A stretch of 32,000 bases of DNA, from assembly GCA_951812855.1 (NCBI GenBank), contig OX638337.1:120001-152000 (forward strand), given 5' to 3'. Shown here one piece after another: positions 1-7,818 of the stretch (position 1 is its first letter; every line of letters begins with the position of its first letter). The position numbers and the translations under genes were made by a program. The stretch is from an uncultured Lentisphaeria bacterium (GTDB lineage Bacteria; Verrucomicrobiota; Lentisphaeria; JABSQK01; JAJFLO01). Under the pieces are notes generated by a model. That model had not been told where the DNA came from. It saw only the letters and a program-made list of their open reading frames with translations, and searched no databases.

Positions 1-1
1 T

Positions 2-376
2 TGTATAATCATCTTTGCTGTAATTTCCCATACCTGTGTGAGTGTATTCGGGAATACAACTGAATCAAAAAAACTTAAAAACTGGAAATCATTGAAAGTG
101 TTGGCAACTGCCTACTGTCCCTGTAGGAAATGCTGTGGAAAATATGCAGATGGTGTCACTGCAATAGGTAAAAATGCATCGACAAAAGGGATTGCAGTTG
201 ACAAAGAAATTATTCCACTTCGATCAATTGTACAAGTTCCAGGGTATGGAACCGTAATGGCTGATGATGTGGGTGGTGCAATAAAGAAAAAACATATAGA
301 TATACGGTTTAACTCCCATAAAGAAGCACTGAACTGGGGACGAAAATATATAACCGTAAAATATCGGGTGCCGTGA
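2..376 (+). CDS. 3D-domain (RlpA-like double-psi beta-barrel) cell-wall protein, 5'-partial
   Basis: The frame is open from the window edge; codons from nt 2 read CIIIFAVISHTC, a hydrophobic anchor, so the true start is probably upstream. The GTG at 38 is the only in-window alternative. The body (ATAYCPCRKCCGKYADGVTAIG..GIAVD..VPGYG..ADDVGGAIK..HIDIRF) fits the 3D domain of MltA/YuiC-type proteins. TGA stop at 374-376. Confidence 0.7.
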   Translation, partial: CIIIFAVISHTCVSVFGNTTESKKLKNWKSLKVLATAYCPCRKCCGKYADGVTAIGKNASTKGIAVDKEIIPLRSIVQVPGYGTVMADDVGGAIKKKHIDIRFNSHKEALNWGRKYITVKYRVP

Positions 377-407
377 GAAATGCTGAAATCCCCCGAATTA
401 AGAACTC

Positions 408-434
408 GAATGTGGTGATTTTTACACCATATTC
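408..434. terminator. Hairpin between convergent genes (possible bidirectional terminator)
   Basis: gaatgtggtg (408-417) / attttta loop / caccatattc (425-434) gives a 10-bp stem with one G-U. It lies between the convergent 3D-domain gene and ytxJ. There is no clean T-run on either side, so support is weak. Confidence 0.3.
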
Positions 435-489
435 GGGTTCGGAAAGGACTGAATAGGGTGAGTCAGACTATTAAATTAAAAACAACAGT

Positions 490-825
490 TCAGGATAATG
501 CTTCACGCAGTGAATCGGGATTGATATTATAATGTGAAGCATTCCAAACAGCTTTTTCATTTTTGATAAGCAGTGCCTGGGGTGATTGATGGTCAATACC
601 AAATCGTGATGTTATTTCATTTGACACATCTCTGAATTGTATCAGATCGAGGTGAGTAAATAGGACATCATCATTACAGTCTTCAATAAATTTCATATAA
701 TTTGCTTGAGCTTTAAAACTTACTGGACAGTGCGTGCTGTGTTTAAATAAAAATACCGGTTTATTTAATGACTCGCATACCGCCTTGTCCAGATCATCGA
801 TTGATTCAATATCCAGAATATTCAT
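490..825 (-). CDS. ytxJ: YtxJ-family monothiol thioredoxin-like protein (bacillithiol-system redox protein)
   Basis: The 111-aa ORF has the single-Cys motif HSTHCPVS (the T-x-C-P-x-S signature of YtxJ/DUF2847) and the expected length and thioredoxin-like pattern (PVFLFKHSTHCPVS...QSPQALLIKNEKAVW). Confidence 0.8.
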   Translation of the reverse strand: MNILDIESIDDLDKAVCESLNKPVFLFKHSTHCPVSFKAQANYMKFIEDCNDDVLFTHLDLIQFRDVSNEITSRFGIDHQSPQALLIKNEKAVWNASHYNINPDSLREALS

Positions 826-930
826 AATATTTTTCTTTCACTAAAATTAGAGGCAATTGATTCGTTGTTATTCTTAGTTTTCAAACTTACTTCTTAACGC
901 ATTTATTCTAATCACTTTCGGTATTATGTC

Positions 931-1220
931 ATGAAAAAACTTGATTTTTTTCAAAAAATGAGTTGTGATGTTGAATCTGCAAGTGAAGGTCAAATGGCTG
1001 TTGACTATACAAAAAAGCTGTGGATAGTGGTGAATTATTTGACGCAGTGATATTAGATTTAACGGTGCTTGGAGGAATAGGCGGCGAACAAACACTGAAA
1101 GAGCTGCTTAATATTGATCCTCTCGTTAGAGCTGTCGTTTCAAGTGGTTATGCGAATGATCCAATCATGGCTGACTGTAAAAAATATGGATTTCAAGATG
1201 CAATCCCTAAACCGTATTAA
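931..1220 (+). pseudogene. Response-regulator receiver domain remnant (N-terminally truncated, frameshifted in an A6 run)
   Basis: Frame 1 reads MKKLDFFQKMSCDVESASEGQMAVDYTKK and then stops at 1048-1050. Frame 0 from GTG 1020 reads VDSGELFDAVILDLTVLGGIGGEQTLKELLNIDPLVRAVVSSGYANDPIMADCKKYGFQDAIPKPY. Adding one A to the run at 1011-1016 joins them as ...DYTKKAVDSGELFDAVILDL... The phospho-acceptor Asp (ILDLT), the Ser (VVSSG) and the Lys (IPKPY) are present. The beta1 acidic pocket (xxVVDDE) is missing, and an in-frame TAA lies at 895-897. Confidence 0.7.
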
Positions 1221-1559
1221 ATAAAAATTTTTAGGGATGTTGTGAAAAATGTTATATATAAAGAAATAGAATTCAGGATTAAATCGACACGATTGATTTT
1301 TCTAAATAGGCTCTTTTTGTTTTTGACTCGATTTCCACCAGGGTTTTCGTTAACTCCTTATTCTGAAGCAATACTCTTTTTGAGCAGGTGCCGGCTCTTA
1401 TTAATTCACGAATCAAAACAGTTGCATGTTGAAAACCGGTTTGTCAGCCACAACTAAATTCAGGAATACAAACACCCTGAATGGATAAGCTAATCGGGTT
1501 CGTTAAAGGGTAATCCAAATTGTCGAGTTACTTCACACGTTGAGTGGACGTAACTTAAT

Positions 1560-3002
1560 TCACTGCCCGGGTTTGATATAATTATCAATAAAATCTGCAG
1601 CTTCTGGAGGAATTGAGGTAAATTGAATCCGATAGGTATTTAAATCACTGTCTGTTTCAGAGAGAACTTTGCCATATATTTCAGCATCTCTGATACTGCC
1701 TTCAGGCATATCAATTTTAATTTTGATATTGGATAATGGAAGAATTGTTTCAGATGTTGTAACTTCAGCAGATTTTTCTGAAAGCTTGTTAATTTCGCCC
1801 CGACAGGTCGACTCACTGACATTTTTATCTTCAAGTATGAAATAAGTAATAGGCAATGATTCGTTGAGTTCTGTAAGAGTTTGAATGTTTTCGGGAATCT
1901 GTTTCTCCAGATTATTTTTTAAGCCGGTTATTTCGTAGATTGTTACAGAACGTTTGATTCCTTTAAGTTGAACTGTCGAACTGGATTTGACAATTGCACT
2001 TTCTTTTACCTGATTGCAGGTAGCTTCAGAGATAAATATTTGATTTCCTACAGTAAATGATTCAATACGTGCTGCCAAATTTACATGGTTTCCAACAACA
2101 CCATATTTGGCCCGTTTTAACGACCCGATATTACCTACGACGACTTCGCCGGTATTGAGTCCGATTCCCATTTCAACACTCGGTAAACTGTTAAGTACAT
2201 TTTTTTCATTAAATGTCTGCATGGCAAGTTGCATATCAATTGCACAGGCCAGGGATTTTTGGGCGTGATCCGGATAGTACACAGGTGCACCGAAAACAAC
2301 AAAAATGCCATCACCAATGATTTCTATAATGGTTCCCTGATGGCTCATGATAACATTGATCATTGCTTCCAGATAGCTGTTCAGGTAGGAAATAATTTCA
2401 TCAGCAGAATAACGTTCACTCAGTGAGGTGAATCCTCGTAAATCACTCATCATAATTGTTACTGTTTGTTTCTTCCCGCCTAAATCCAGACCTTCGGGTG
2501 AGTCAAGAAGATTATTAACAACATCGTCGGTCATGTATCGACCAAACACATTTCGCATAAACTTATTGCGGACATCAAGCTCCAGAGCCTTTTTCTGAGC
2601 GTCAATACCTTCTTTAAGTTTATTGACGTATTTTAAAGACTTGTTTAATGTCGCATTCAAGTCCTCAAAATTGATTGGTTTAGTAAGAAAATCAAATGCA
2701 CCACGATTCATTGCAGTACGGATATTTTGCATATCGCCATATGCGGACATTATGATTGTCTGCAGTATTTTATTTTTCTCACATAATTTCTCAAGCATGG
2801 TCAAGCCGTCCATTTCCGGCATGTTTATATCACTGAAGACAACTTCAATTTCGGGATTCTCATCAAAAATATTTAATGCTTCCTGACCATTTTTAGCAAA
2901 TGTTAATTCAATTTCGTTTTTTCGGACCTCTCGTCTGAAAAGTTGGCGAATTAAAATCTCCAGGTCTTGTTCGTCATCAACAAATAATAACTGATTCGGC
3001 AT
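1560..3002 (-). CDS. Response regulator receiver + class III nucleotidyl (adenylate/guanylate) cyclase + C-terminal PilZ-like module
   Basis: 480 aa. REC domain: LLFVDDE (D9/D10), VVFSDINMPEMDG (D58), IIMSAYGD, LTKPI (K108). CHD domain: IMMSDLRGFTSL (D187), IIEIIGDGIFVVFGAP (D231), YGVVGNHVNLAARIES (N305, R312). About 105 further residues (aa ~375-480) lie outside the cyclase fold. Confidence 0.9.
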   Translation of the reverse strand: MPNQLLFVDDEQDLEILIRQLFRREVRKNEIELTFAKNGQEALNIFDENPEIEVVFSDINMPEMDGLTMLEKLCEKNKILQTIIMSAYGDMQNIRTAMNRGAFDFLTKPINFEDLNATLNKSLKYVNKLKEGIDAQKKALELDVRNKFMRNVFGRYMTDDVVNNLLDSPEGLDLGGKKQTVTIMMSDLRGFTSLSERYSADEIISYLNSYLEAMINVIMSHQGTIIEIIGDGIFVVFGAPVYYPDHAQKSLACAIDMQLAMQTFNEKNVLNSLPSVEMGIGLNTGEVVVGNIGSLKRAKYGVVGNHVNLAARIESFTVGNQIFISEATCNQVKESAIVKSSSTVQLKGIKRSVTIYEITGLKNNLEKQIPENIQTLTELNESLPITYFILEDKNVSESTCRGEINKLSEKSAEVTTSETILPLSNIKIKIDMPEGSIRDAEIYGKVLSETDSDLNTYRIQFTSIPPEAADFIDNYIKPGQ

Positions 3003-3495
3003 AAAAAATTTACAAACCCTTTAATTAGATTAAAAGAGATATAGAACAATTGCATTATCTAGATTTCAGTATAGCCTCCGGCGGCTTGCCCGATACCCAT
3101 ATAAGCCGACAACCTACCCCTTTTTCAGGCTGATTACAACGGTATTGTTGAATCCGGATATTTTTTTCAGATTAAAATGATACTGATGATTTAATCTCCT
3201 GAGTTAATTATGTGATTTACGATTACCTGATACACTCTAAAATTTTACGATTATTATAAGGATAAATTTGGGCAGTTAATCAATTTATAATTATGCACCA
3301 TTGCATTGATACTTTTCTGAAAACAGTAGGCATTCTTGACAAAATGACAGATGCAGATTCAAGTTTTCAATAAGTTTCAGTTTGATGTTGAACTTACTGA
3401 GATTAGACACTAATTTTGCACTCTTTCGTGCGTTTATTGTTACCTCTTAATCATTCGCCGATACTATAAAATTTAACTTAAATTGAGGTTATATT

Positions 3496-4107
3496 ATGAA
3501 AAATGACGATTTGAAAGCAGATAAAAAAAAGTCATATAAAATCGTACAGAATCGTGATAAAACAACCGATGGTAAAAAGGAATCAAAGGTAAAGAAAACA
3601 AGTATGCGAAAAAAAAGTCGGAAAGATATAATCAAGGATCTTCAAAAAGAGGTTCATGATAACAACGATAAACTTATTCGACTTCGTGCGGAATTTGACA
3701 ATTATAGAAAACGCACGCAGCGTGAAATGAGTGAACTGAGAACATTTACCAAAATTGGCACTATTGAAGAAATATTGCCGGTTAAGGATCAGTTTCAAAT
3801 GGCAATGGCAGCCTCCAATTCATCTGATGATTTAGCCACATTAAAGCAGGGGATGAATATGATTTTAGGCGAATTTGACCGTTGTTTTGACAATCTGAGT
3901 ATTAAACCAATCGAAACACTCGGCAAAAAATTTGATCCCAATATTCATGAGGCAATATCAACAGAATCTTCAAACGATATAGAGGAAGAATTCATTATCA
4001 GAGAATGGAAAGCCGGGTATAAGATTGGTGATCATCTTCTACGACCGGCATCAGTGGTCGTTAGTCGTGGATCGGAATCTGATGAAACGAAACAGGAAAG
4101 CGAATAG
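3496..4107 (+). CDS. grpE: Nucleotide exchange factor GrpE
   Basis: The core DKLIRLRAEFDNYRKRTQRE...KFDPNIHEAIS...GYKIGDHLLRPASVVVS is a typical GrpE. A GAGG RBS lies 8 nt upstream of the ATG. The N-terminal ~50 aa is a Lys-rich extension. Confidence 0.93.
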   Translation: MKNDDLKADKKKSYKIVQNRDKTTDGKKESKVKKTSMRKKSRKDIIKDLQKEVHDNNDKLIRLRAEFDNYRKRTQREMSELRTFTKIGTIEEILPVKDQFQMAMAASNSSDDLATLKQGMNMILGEFDRCFDNLSIKPIETLGKKFDPNIHEAISTESSNDIEEEFIIREWKAGYKIGDHLLRPASVVVSRGSESDETKQESE

Positions 4108-4143
4108 AATTTATCTTTGATAAAGGATACGAAAGAATAAACA

Positions 4144-5295
4144 ATGGCCGATTATTACCAATTACTGGGTGTAACTAAAAATGTAAATGCTGATGAACTA
4201 AAAAAAGCGTACCGAAAACAAGCCCTAAAGTATCACCCTGATAAAAATCCGGACAATCCTGAAGCAGAAAGTAAATTTAAGGAAATTTCCCAGGCTTATG
4301 AAGTATTGAGTGATAGTTCTAAACGATCTGTTTATAATCAGATTGGTCATGACGCCTATGTACGCAAAGGCCATGGCGGAGCAGGTGCCGGGAGTGCCGG
4401 AAGTTTTGATGCCTTCGATCTTTTCAGTCAGGTGTTTGGCGGTGGAGGCGGTTCCGGAGGAAGTATCTTTGATGAATTTTTCGGGGGTGGTGATAAACGT
4501 CAGAGTCGTACTGGCCCGCAAACCGGTGCGGATTTACGATATGATTTAAAAATCGCGTTTGAAGATGCTGTTTATGGTGCAGATAAAAAAATCAATGTCC
4601 ACAAAGCAGATGTCTGTGAACGATGTAAAGGTGAGGGCATTGAAGCGGGTTCCGGAAAACGCAGATGCAATACGTGCGGCGGTACAGGACAAATGACAAT
4701 TACCCAAGGTTTTTTTAGTGTTCGCCAGCCGTGTCAGCAATGCAGTGCAACCGGTGAAATAATTGAAAAACCATGCAGGAAATGTCGCAGTTCCGGGTGG
4801 GTAAATAAGAATAAATCAATTCAGATTAGGATCCCTGCCGGAGTAGAAACAGGTTCACGCCTTCGCGTGTCAGGCGAGGGAGAGCCCGGGGTTCGAGGCG
4901 GTAGACCCGGAGACCTGTATGTCGTTCTGCATGTAGGGGAACACGAATTTTTAACCCGCGATGGAGATGATATTCTCATTGAGGTTCCGATTGATTTTTC
5001 AACTGCAACTCTGGGTGGTACGATAAAGGTGCCGACTATTTCCGGTTCAGCCAATCTAAAGATTAAAGCTGGAACTCAAAACGGAACAATTTTCAGACTA
5101 AAGGGAAAAGGAGTGCCGTCTCTTCGAGGTCAGGGACGGGGTGATCAGCATGTTAAAATTATTATTGAAATTCCCGGAAACCTGAACAAGACTCAACGCG
5201 AAAAATTAAAAGAATTTTCAGAATCCTTAAATGCTGATGTTTATCCTCGGTTAAATTCTTTTTTAGATAAAGTAAAACAGCTGTTTAATCAATAG
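4144..5295 (+). CDS. dnaJ: Molecular chaperone DnaJ
   Basis: J-domain (DYYQLLGV...KYHPDKN), a G/F-rich linker, and four CxxCxGxG zinc motifs ([32 protein letters not shown]). Confidence 0.97.
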   Translation: MADYYQLLGVTKNVNADELKKAYRKQALKYHPDKNPDNPEAESKFKEISQAYEVLSDSSKRSVYNQIGHDAYVRKGHGGAGAGSAGSFDAFDLFSQVFGGGGGSGGSIFDEFFGGGDKRQSRTGPQTGADLRYDLKIAFEDAVYGADKKINVHKADVCERCKGEGIEAGSGKRRCNTCGGTGQMTITQGFFSVRQPCQQCSATGEIIEKPCRKCRSSGWVNKNKSIQIRIPAGVETGSRLRVSGEGEPGVRGGRPGDLYVVLHVGEHEFLTRDGDDILIEVPIDFSTATLGGTIKVPTISGSANLKIKAGTQNGTIFRLKGKGVPSLRGQGRGDQHVKIIIEIPGNLNKTQREKLKEFSESLNADVYPRLNSFLDKVKQLFNQ

Positions 5296-5409
5296 AGTAC
5301 ACGTATAAAACAAATCTGGTAAACGAGATATTGTAATTGGATTTTTAGTTTGGTAATTTAATTATATAATCTTAAGATATTAACAGATTCCAATGTAAGG
5401 GAATAAATA

Positions 5410-6375
5410 ATGAATGAAAATCAGTCAAAACTAAATATTGGCCTTTCTCGAATGTTATGTGGTGGAGTCATTATGGATGTCACCAATAAAGATCAGGCCA
5501 GAATTGCCGAGGATGCCGGTGCATGTTCGGTCATGGCATTAGAAAAAATCCCGTCTGATATACGTCGAGATGGCGGTGTTGCCCGAATGAGCGATCCTCA
5601 GATGATTTTAGATATTAAGGAAGCTGTATCTATACCTGTTATGGCAAAGGTTCGAATAGGCCATTTTGCAGAAGCACAGATTTTACAGGAATTGGGTATT
5701 GATTTCATTGATGAAAGTGAAGTATTAACACCTGCTGATGAAGTACATCACATTAATAAGTGGGAATTTAAATCTCCGTTCGTCTGCGGAGCTACGAATC
5801 TTGGTGAGGCGTTGAGACGAATTTCTGAAGGTGCATCCATGATTCGAACTAAGGGCGAGGCGGGTACCGGAAATATTATCGAAGGCGTTAAACATTTACG
5901 CACCATCATTTTTGAATTGAAAATGCTGACCCGGCTAAATCAGAGTGAATTATATGCAGAAGCCAAACGACTGCAGGCATCTGTTGATTTAATCAAGGAC
6001 GTCGCTAAAAGCGGCAAACTGCCTGTTCCAAATTTTGCAGCCGGTGGTGTTGCCACACCAGCAGACGCAGCCATGTTGATGCAGCTTGGTGCTGAATCTG
6101 TTTTTGTTGGTTCGGGAATTTTTAATTCATCTAACCCGTCAAAATTTGCAAAGGCGATTGTAACAGCGACAACCTATTTTAACGATGCCGATAAATTAAT
6201 GGATGTATCCAGAAATTTAGGTATGCCCATGCCCAGCCTGTCAATGGATACGTTGTCCGAAAAAGATAAATTGCAACGTGTCCAGGTTACAGTCTCTCTT
6301 GGACTCGATGATTGTCAATGGATGCGTTGTCCGAAAAAGATAAATTGCAACATCGTGGATGGTAGTCGGCTATGA
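5410..6375 (+). CDS. pdxS: Pyridoxal 5'-phosphate synthase lyase subunit PdxS, with an aberrant 3' end
   Basis: Full-length PdxS/SNZ homology ([72 protein letters not shown]) extends up to aa ~289. The last 32 aa are non-homologous because of the repeat at 6240-6357. The canonical terminus [19 protein letters not shown] is present in another frame at 6315-6362. Confidence 0.9.
   Translation: MNENQSKLNIGLSRMLCGGVIMDVTNKDQARIAEDAGACSVMALEKIPSDIRRDGGVARMSDPQMILDIKEAVSIPVMAKVRIGHFAEAQILQELGIDFIDESEVLTPADEVHHINKWEFKSPFVCGATNLGEALRRISEGASMIRTKGEAGTGNIIEGVKHLRTIIFELKMLTRLNQSELYAEAKRLQASVDLIKDVAKSGKLPVPNFAAGGVATPADAAMLMQLGAESVFVGSGIFNSSNPSKFAKAIVTATTYFNDADKLMDVSRNLGMPMPSLSMDTLSEKDKLQRVQVTVSLGLDDCQWMRCPKKINCNIVDGSRL
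6240..6357 (+). repeat. Diverged direct repeat (41 nt / 44 nt) separated by a 33-nt spacer inside the pdxS 3' end
   Basis: Copy 1 (6240-6280) is gtcaatggatAcgttgtccgaaaaagataaattgcaacgtg. Copy 2 (6314-6357) is gtcaatggatGcgttgtccgaaaaagataaattgcaaCATcgtg. The start-to-start period is 74 nt, which is not a multiple of 3. Confidence 0.95.
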
Positions 6376-6941
6376 ATATTGGTATTCTTGCTTTGCAGGG
6401 AGGTTTTGCACTGCACGAACAGAAGTTGTCACAACTGGGATTTCAATCGAAACGTATTATTTATTCCAGGGATTTGGATGATATTCAGGGATTAATTATC
6501 CCGGGCGGTGAAAGCTCCACAATGTTAAGAATTTGTAACGCATTATTTTTTGATGATCTTAAAAAATTTGCAAATTCACATCCAGTTTGGGGGATTTGTG
6601 CAGGTGCAATTCTTATCGCCGGGAAGGTTGAAAATCCAAGTCAGGAATCATTAGGGTTGATCGATTTTTCGGCTCAGCGAAATGCCTATGGTAATCAAAA
6701 CGATAGCTTCATTGCTGAAATTAAATTCGAATTTTTAGATAATTCACTAAAGGAATGTATTTTTATACGTGCACCTAAAATTGCGTCAATCGGGCCATCG
6801 GTTCAAGTGCTGGCAACCTATAATAAAGAAATTGTAATGATTGAACAAAATCTGCATATGGCCTCAACATTTCACCCTGAGTTAACGGATTGTACTGATT
6901 TTCACGAGTATTTTTTAAAGAAAGTGGAAAATGCAACATAA
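6372..6941 (+). CDS. pdxT: Pyridoxal 5'-phosphate synthase glutaminase subunit PdxT
   Basis: Class I glutamine amidotransferase pattern: [19 protein letters not shown], the catalytic Cys in [11 protein letters not shown], and FHPELT. It follows pdxS directly. Confidence 0.93.
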   Translation: MNIGILALQGGFALHEQKLSQLGFQSKRIIYSRDLDDIQGLIIPGGESSTMLRICNALFFDDLKKFANSHPVWGICAGAILIAGKVENPSQESLGLIDFSAQRNAYGNQNDSFIAEIKFEFLDNSLKECIFIRAPKIASIGPSVQVLATYNKEIVMIEQNLHMASTFHPELTDCTDFHEYFLKKVENAT

Positions 6942-7004
6942 AATTGCAGCTCAATGCTTGTTATTTAAATATCGTCCTATAGCTTAACCCTTTCCCAATA
7001 ATCC

Positions 7005-7077
7005 GGGTTGGTAGCTCAGTTGGCAGAGCAACGCCCTTTTAAGGCGTGGGTCCCGAGTTCGAGCCTCGGCCAACCCA
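7005..7077 (+). tRNA. tRNA-Lys (anticodon UUU)
   Basis: Hand-folded cloverleaf. Acceptor GGGTTGG/CCAACCC; D arm GCTC-AGTTGGCA-GAGC; anticodon stem ACGCC/GGCGT with loop CTTTTAA; T arm CCGAG-TTCGAGC-CTCGG; discriminator A. CCA is not encoded. Confidence 0.93.
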
Positions 7078-7129
7078 CTTTTTTGAGAACAATTTACATA
7101 GAGTCGGGTTTCAATTATAGAGGATTAAA

Positions 7130-7357
7130 ATGAGTAAAGAATGTTATGTTTGTAAAAAGAGAAAAGTTTCAGGCGGACAAATTACACGTCGTGGCCTGGC
7201 CAAGAAAAAAGGCGGTATCGGCATGCATGTTGTTAAAAATGTTAAACGAACGTTTAAGCCGAATCTTCAATCTGTCAGAATCAAAGAAGATGGAGTTACC
7301 AAAAAAGTGGTTGTTTGTGCCGCGTGTATTCGTTCCGGCGACATAACCAAAGCCTGA
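7130..7357 (+). CDS. rpmB: 50S ribosomal protein L28
   Basis: A 75-aa basic protein (MSKECYVCKKRKVSGGQITRRG...KRTFKPNLQSVRI...) matches the L28 pattern (C-x-x-x-G-K...F-x-PNLQ). An AGGA RBS lies upstream. Confidence 0.9.
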   Translation: MSKECYVCKKRKVSGGQITRRGLAKKKGGIGMHVVKNVKRTFKPNLQSVRIKEDGVTKKVVVCAACIRSGDITKA

Positions 7358-7589
7358 TTAAATTTCAAATAGTTTTTTACTTTAAATCCGTTACACTTCA
7401 GGAAATTAACCCCTTCCATCCCAATTCCCTGTGAAAACTTAAAATAGCTTCTCGGTTATTGATTGGTTTTTGCATCCACTGAGTTTAATAAATTATCTGA
7501 TTTGCGATCTCAATCTGATGCTCGCCAATCGTTATAAAGATCCTCTGAAACTTAAAATAATTTACACATAATATTTGTTGAGCAAGTAG

Positions 7590-7615
7590 TGCGGCCATAT
7601 TGGCCGTGGCTTTTT
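7590..7615 (+). terminator. Rho-independent terminator-like hairpin (orphan, 230 nt downstream of rpmB)
   Basis: GC-rich stem gcggcca / tat / tggccgt (7591-7607) followed by ggcTTTTT (7608-7615). A second, weaker hairpin aagcag-N10-ctgctt follows at ~7626-7647. Confidence 0.45.
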
Positions 7616-7818
7616 ATGATTGCACAAGCAGGATGCCCATGCTGCTTACTGCCCGATTTAAGTTTGGTATTGTAATAATCAACGTAAATGAAGCGTTTCA
7701 ATATCAGTTGATTGATGCAATCACAATGGAGGAATAGTGAATTTGGCGTTAGATTATTTATCTAATATTGAAAATATCTGATTCGATACACGTTCTTATG
7801 TGGAGAGTATTAAACACC

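Noticed and set aside
874-1095. 73-aa minus-strand ORF overlapping the receiver remnant. The same applies to other ORFs nested antisense or out of frame inside long genes, for example 1640-1834, 2135-2317, 2229-2426, 2623-2886, 3583-3798, 4225-4740, 4821-5054, 7146-7346, 7854-8231, 9061-9363, 11190-12386, 15797-17086, 18625-19935, 20368-20865, 21293-21945, 25235-25459 and 31201-31627.
   Set aside because: They are shadow ORFs inside well-supported genes. They have no recognisable motifs and odd composition, and the overlapping gene fully explains the open frame.
1242-1457. 71-aa plus-strand ORF, and a 54-codon stop-to-stop frame on the minus strand, in the spacer after the receiver remnant.
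   Set aside because: The translation is Leu/Phe/Arg-rich low complexity, with no RBS and no family resemblance. The minus-strand frame lacks a start codon. Possibly more decayed DNA, but not supportable as a gene.
3300-3495. A CIRCE/HrcA operator or sigma32 promoter upstream of grpE.
   Set aside because: I scanned by eye for TTAGCACTC-N9-GAGTGCTAA and CTTGAAA-N13-15-CCCCAT. Only partial, wrongly spaced matches turned up (ttagacac...gcactc; TTGACA at 3335-3340 without a -10).
6281-6313. The spacer between the pdxS repeats as an intron, intein or mobile insertion.
   Set aside because: At 33 nt it is far too short for a group I/II intron or an intein. It has no terminal inverted repeats. Only a 5-bp internal stem (gtcca/tggac) is present.
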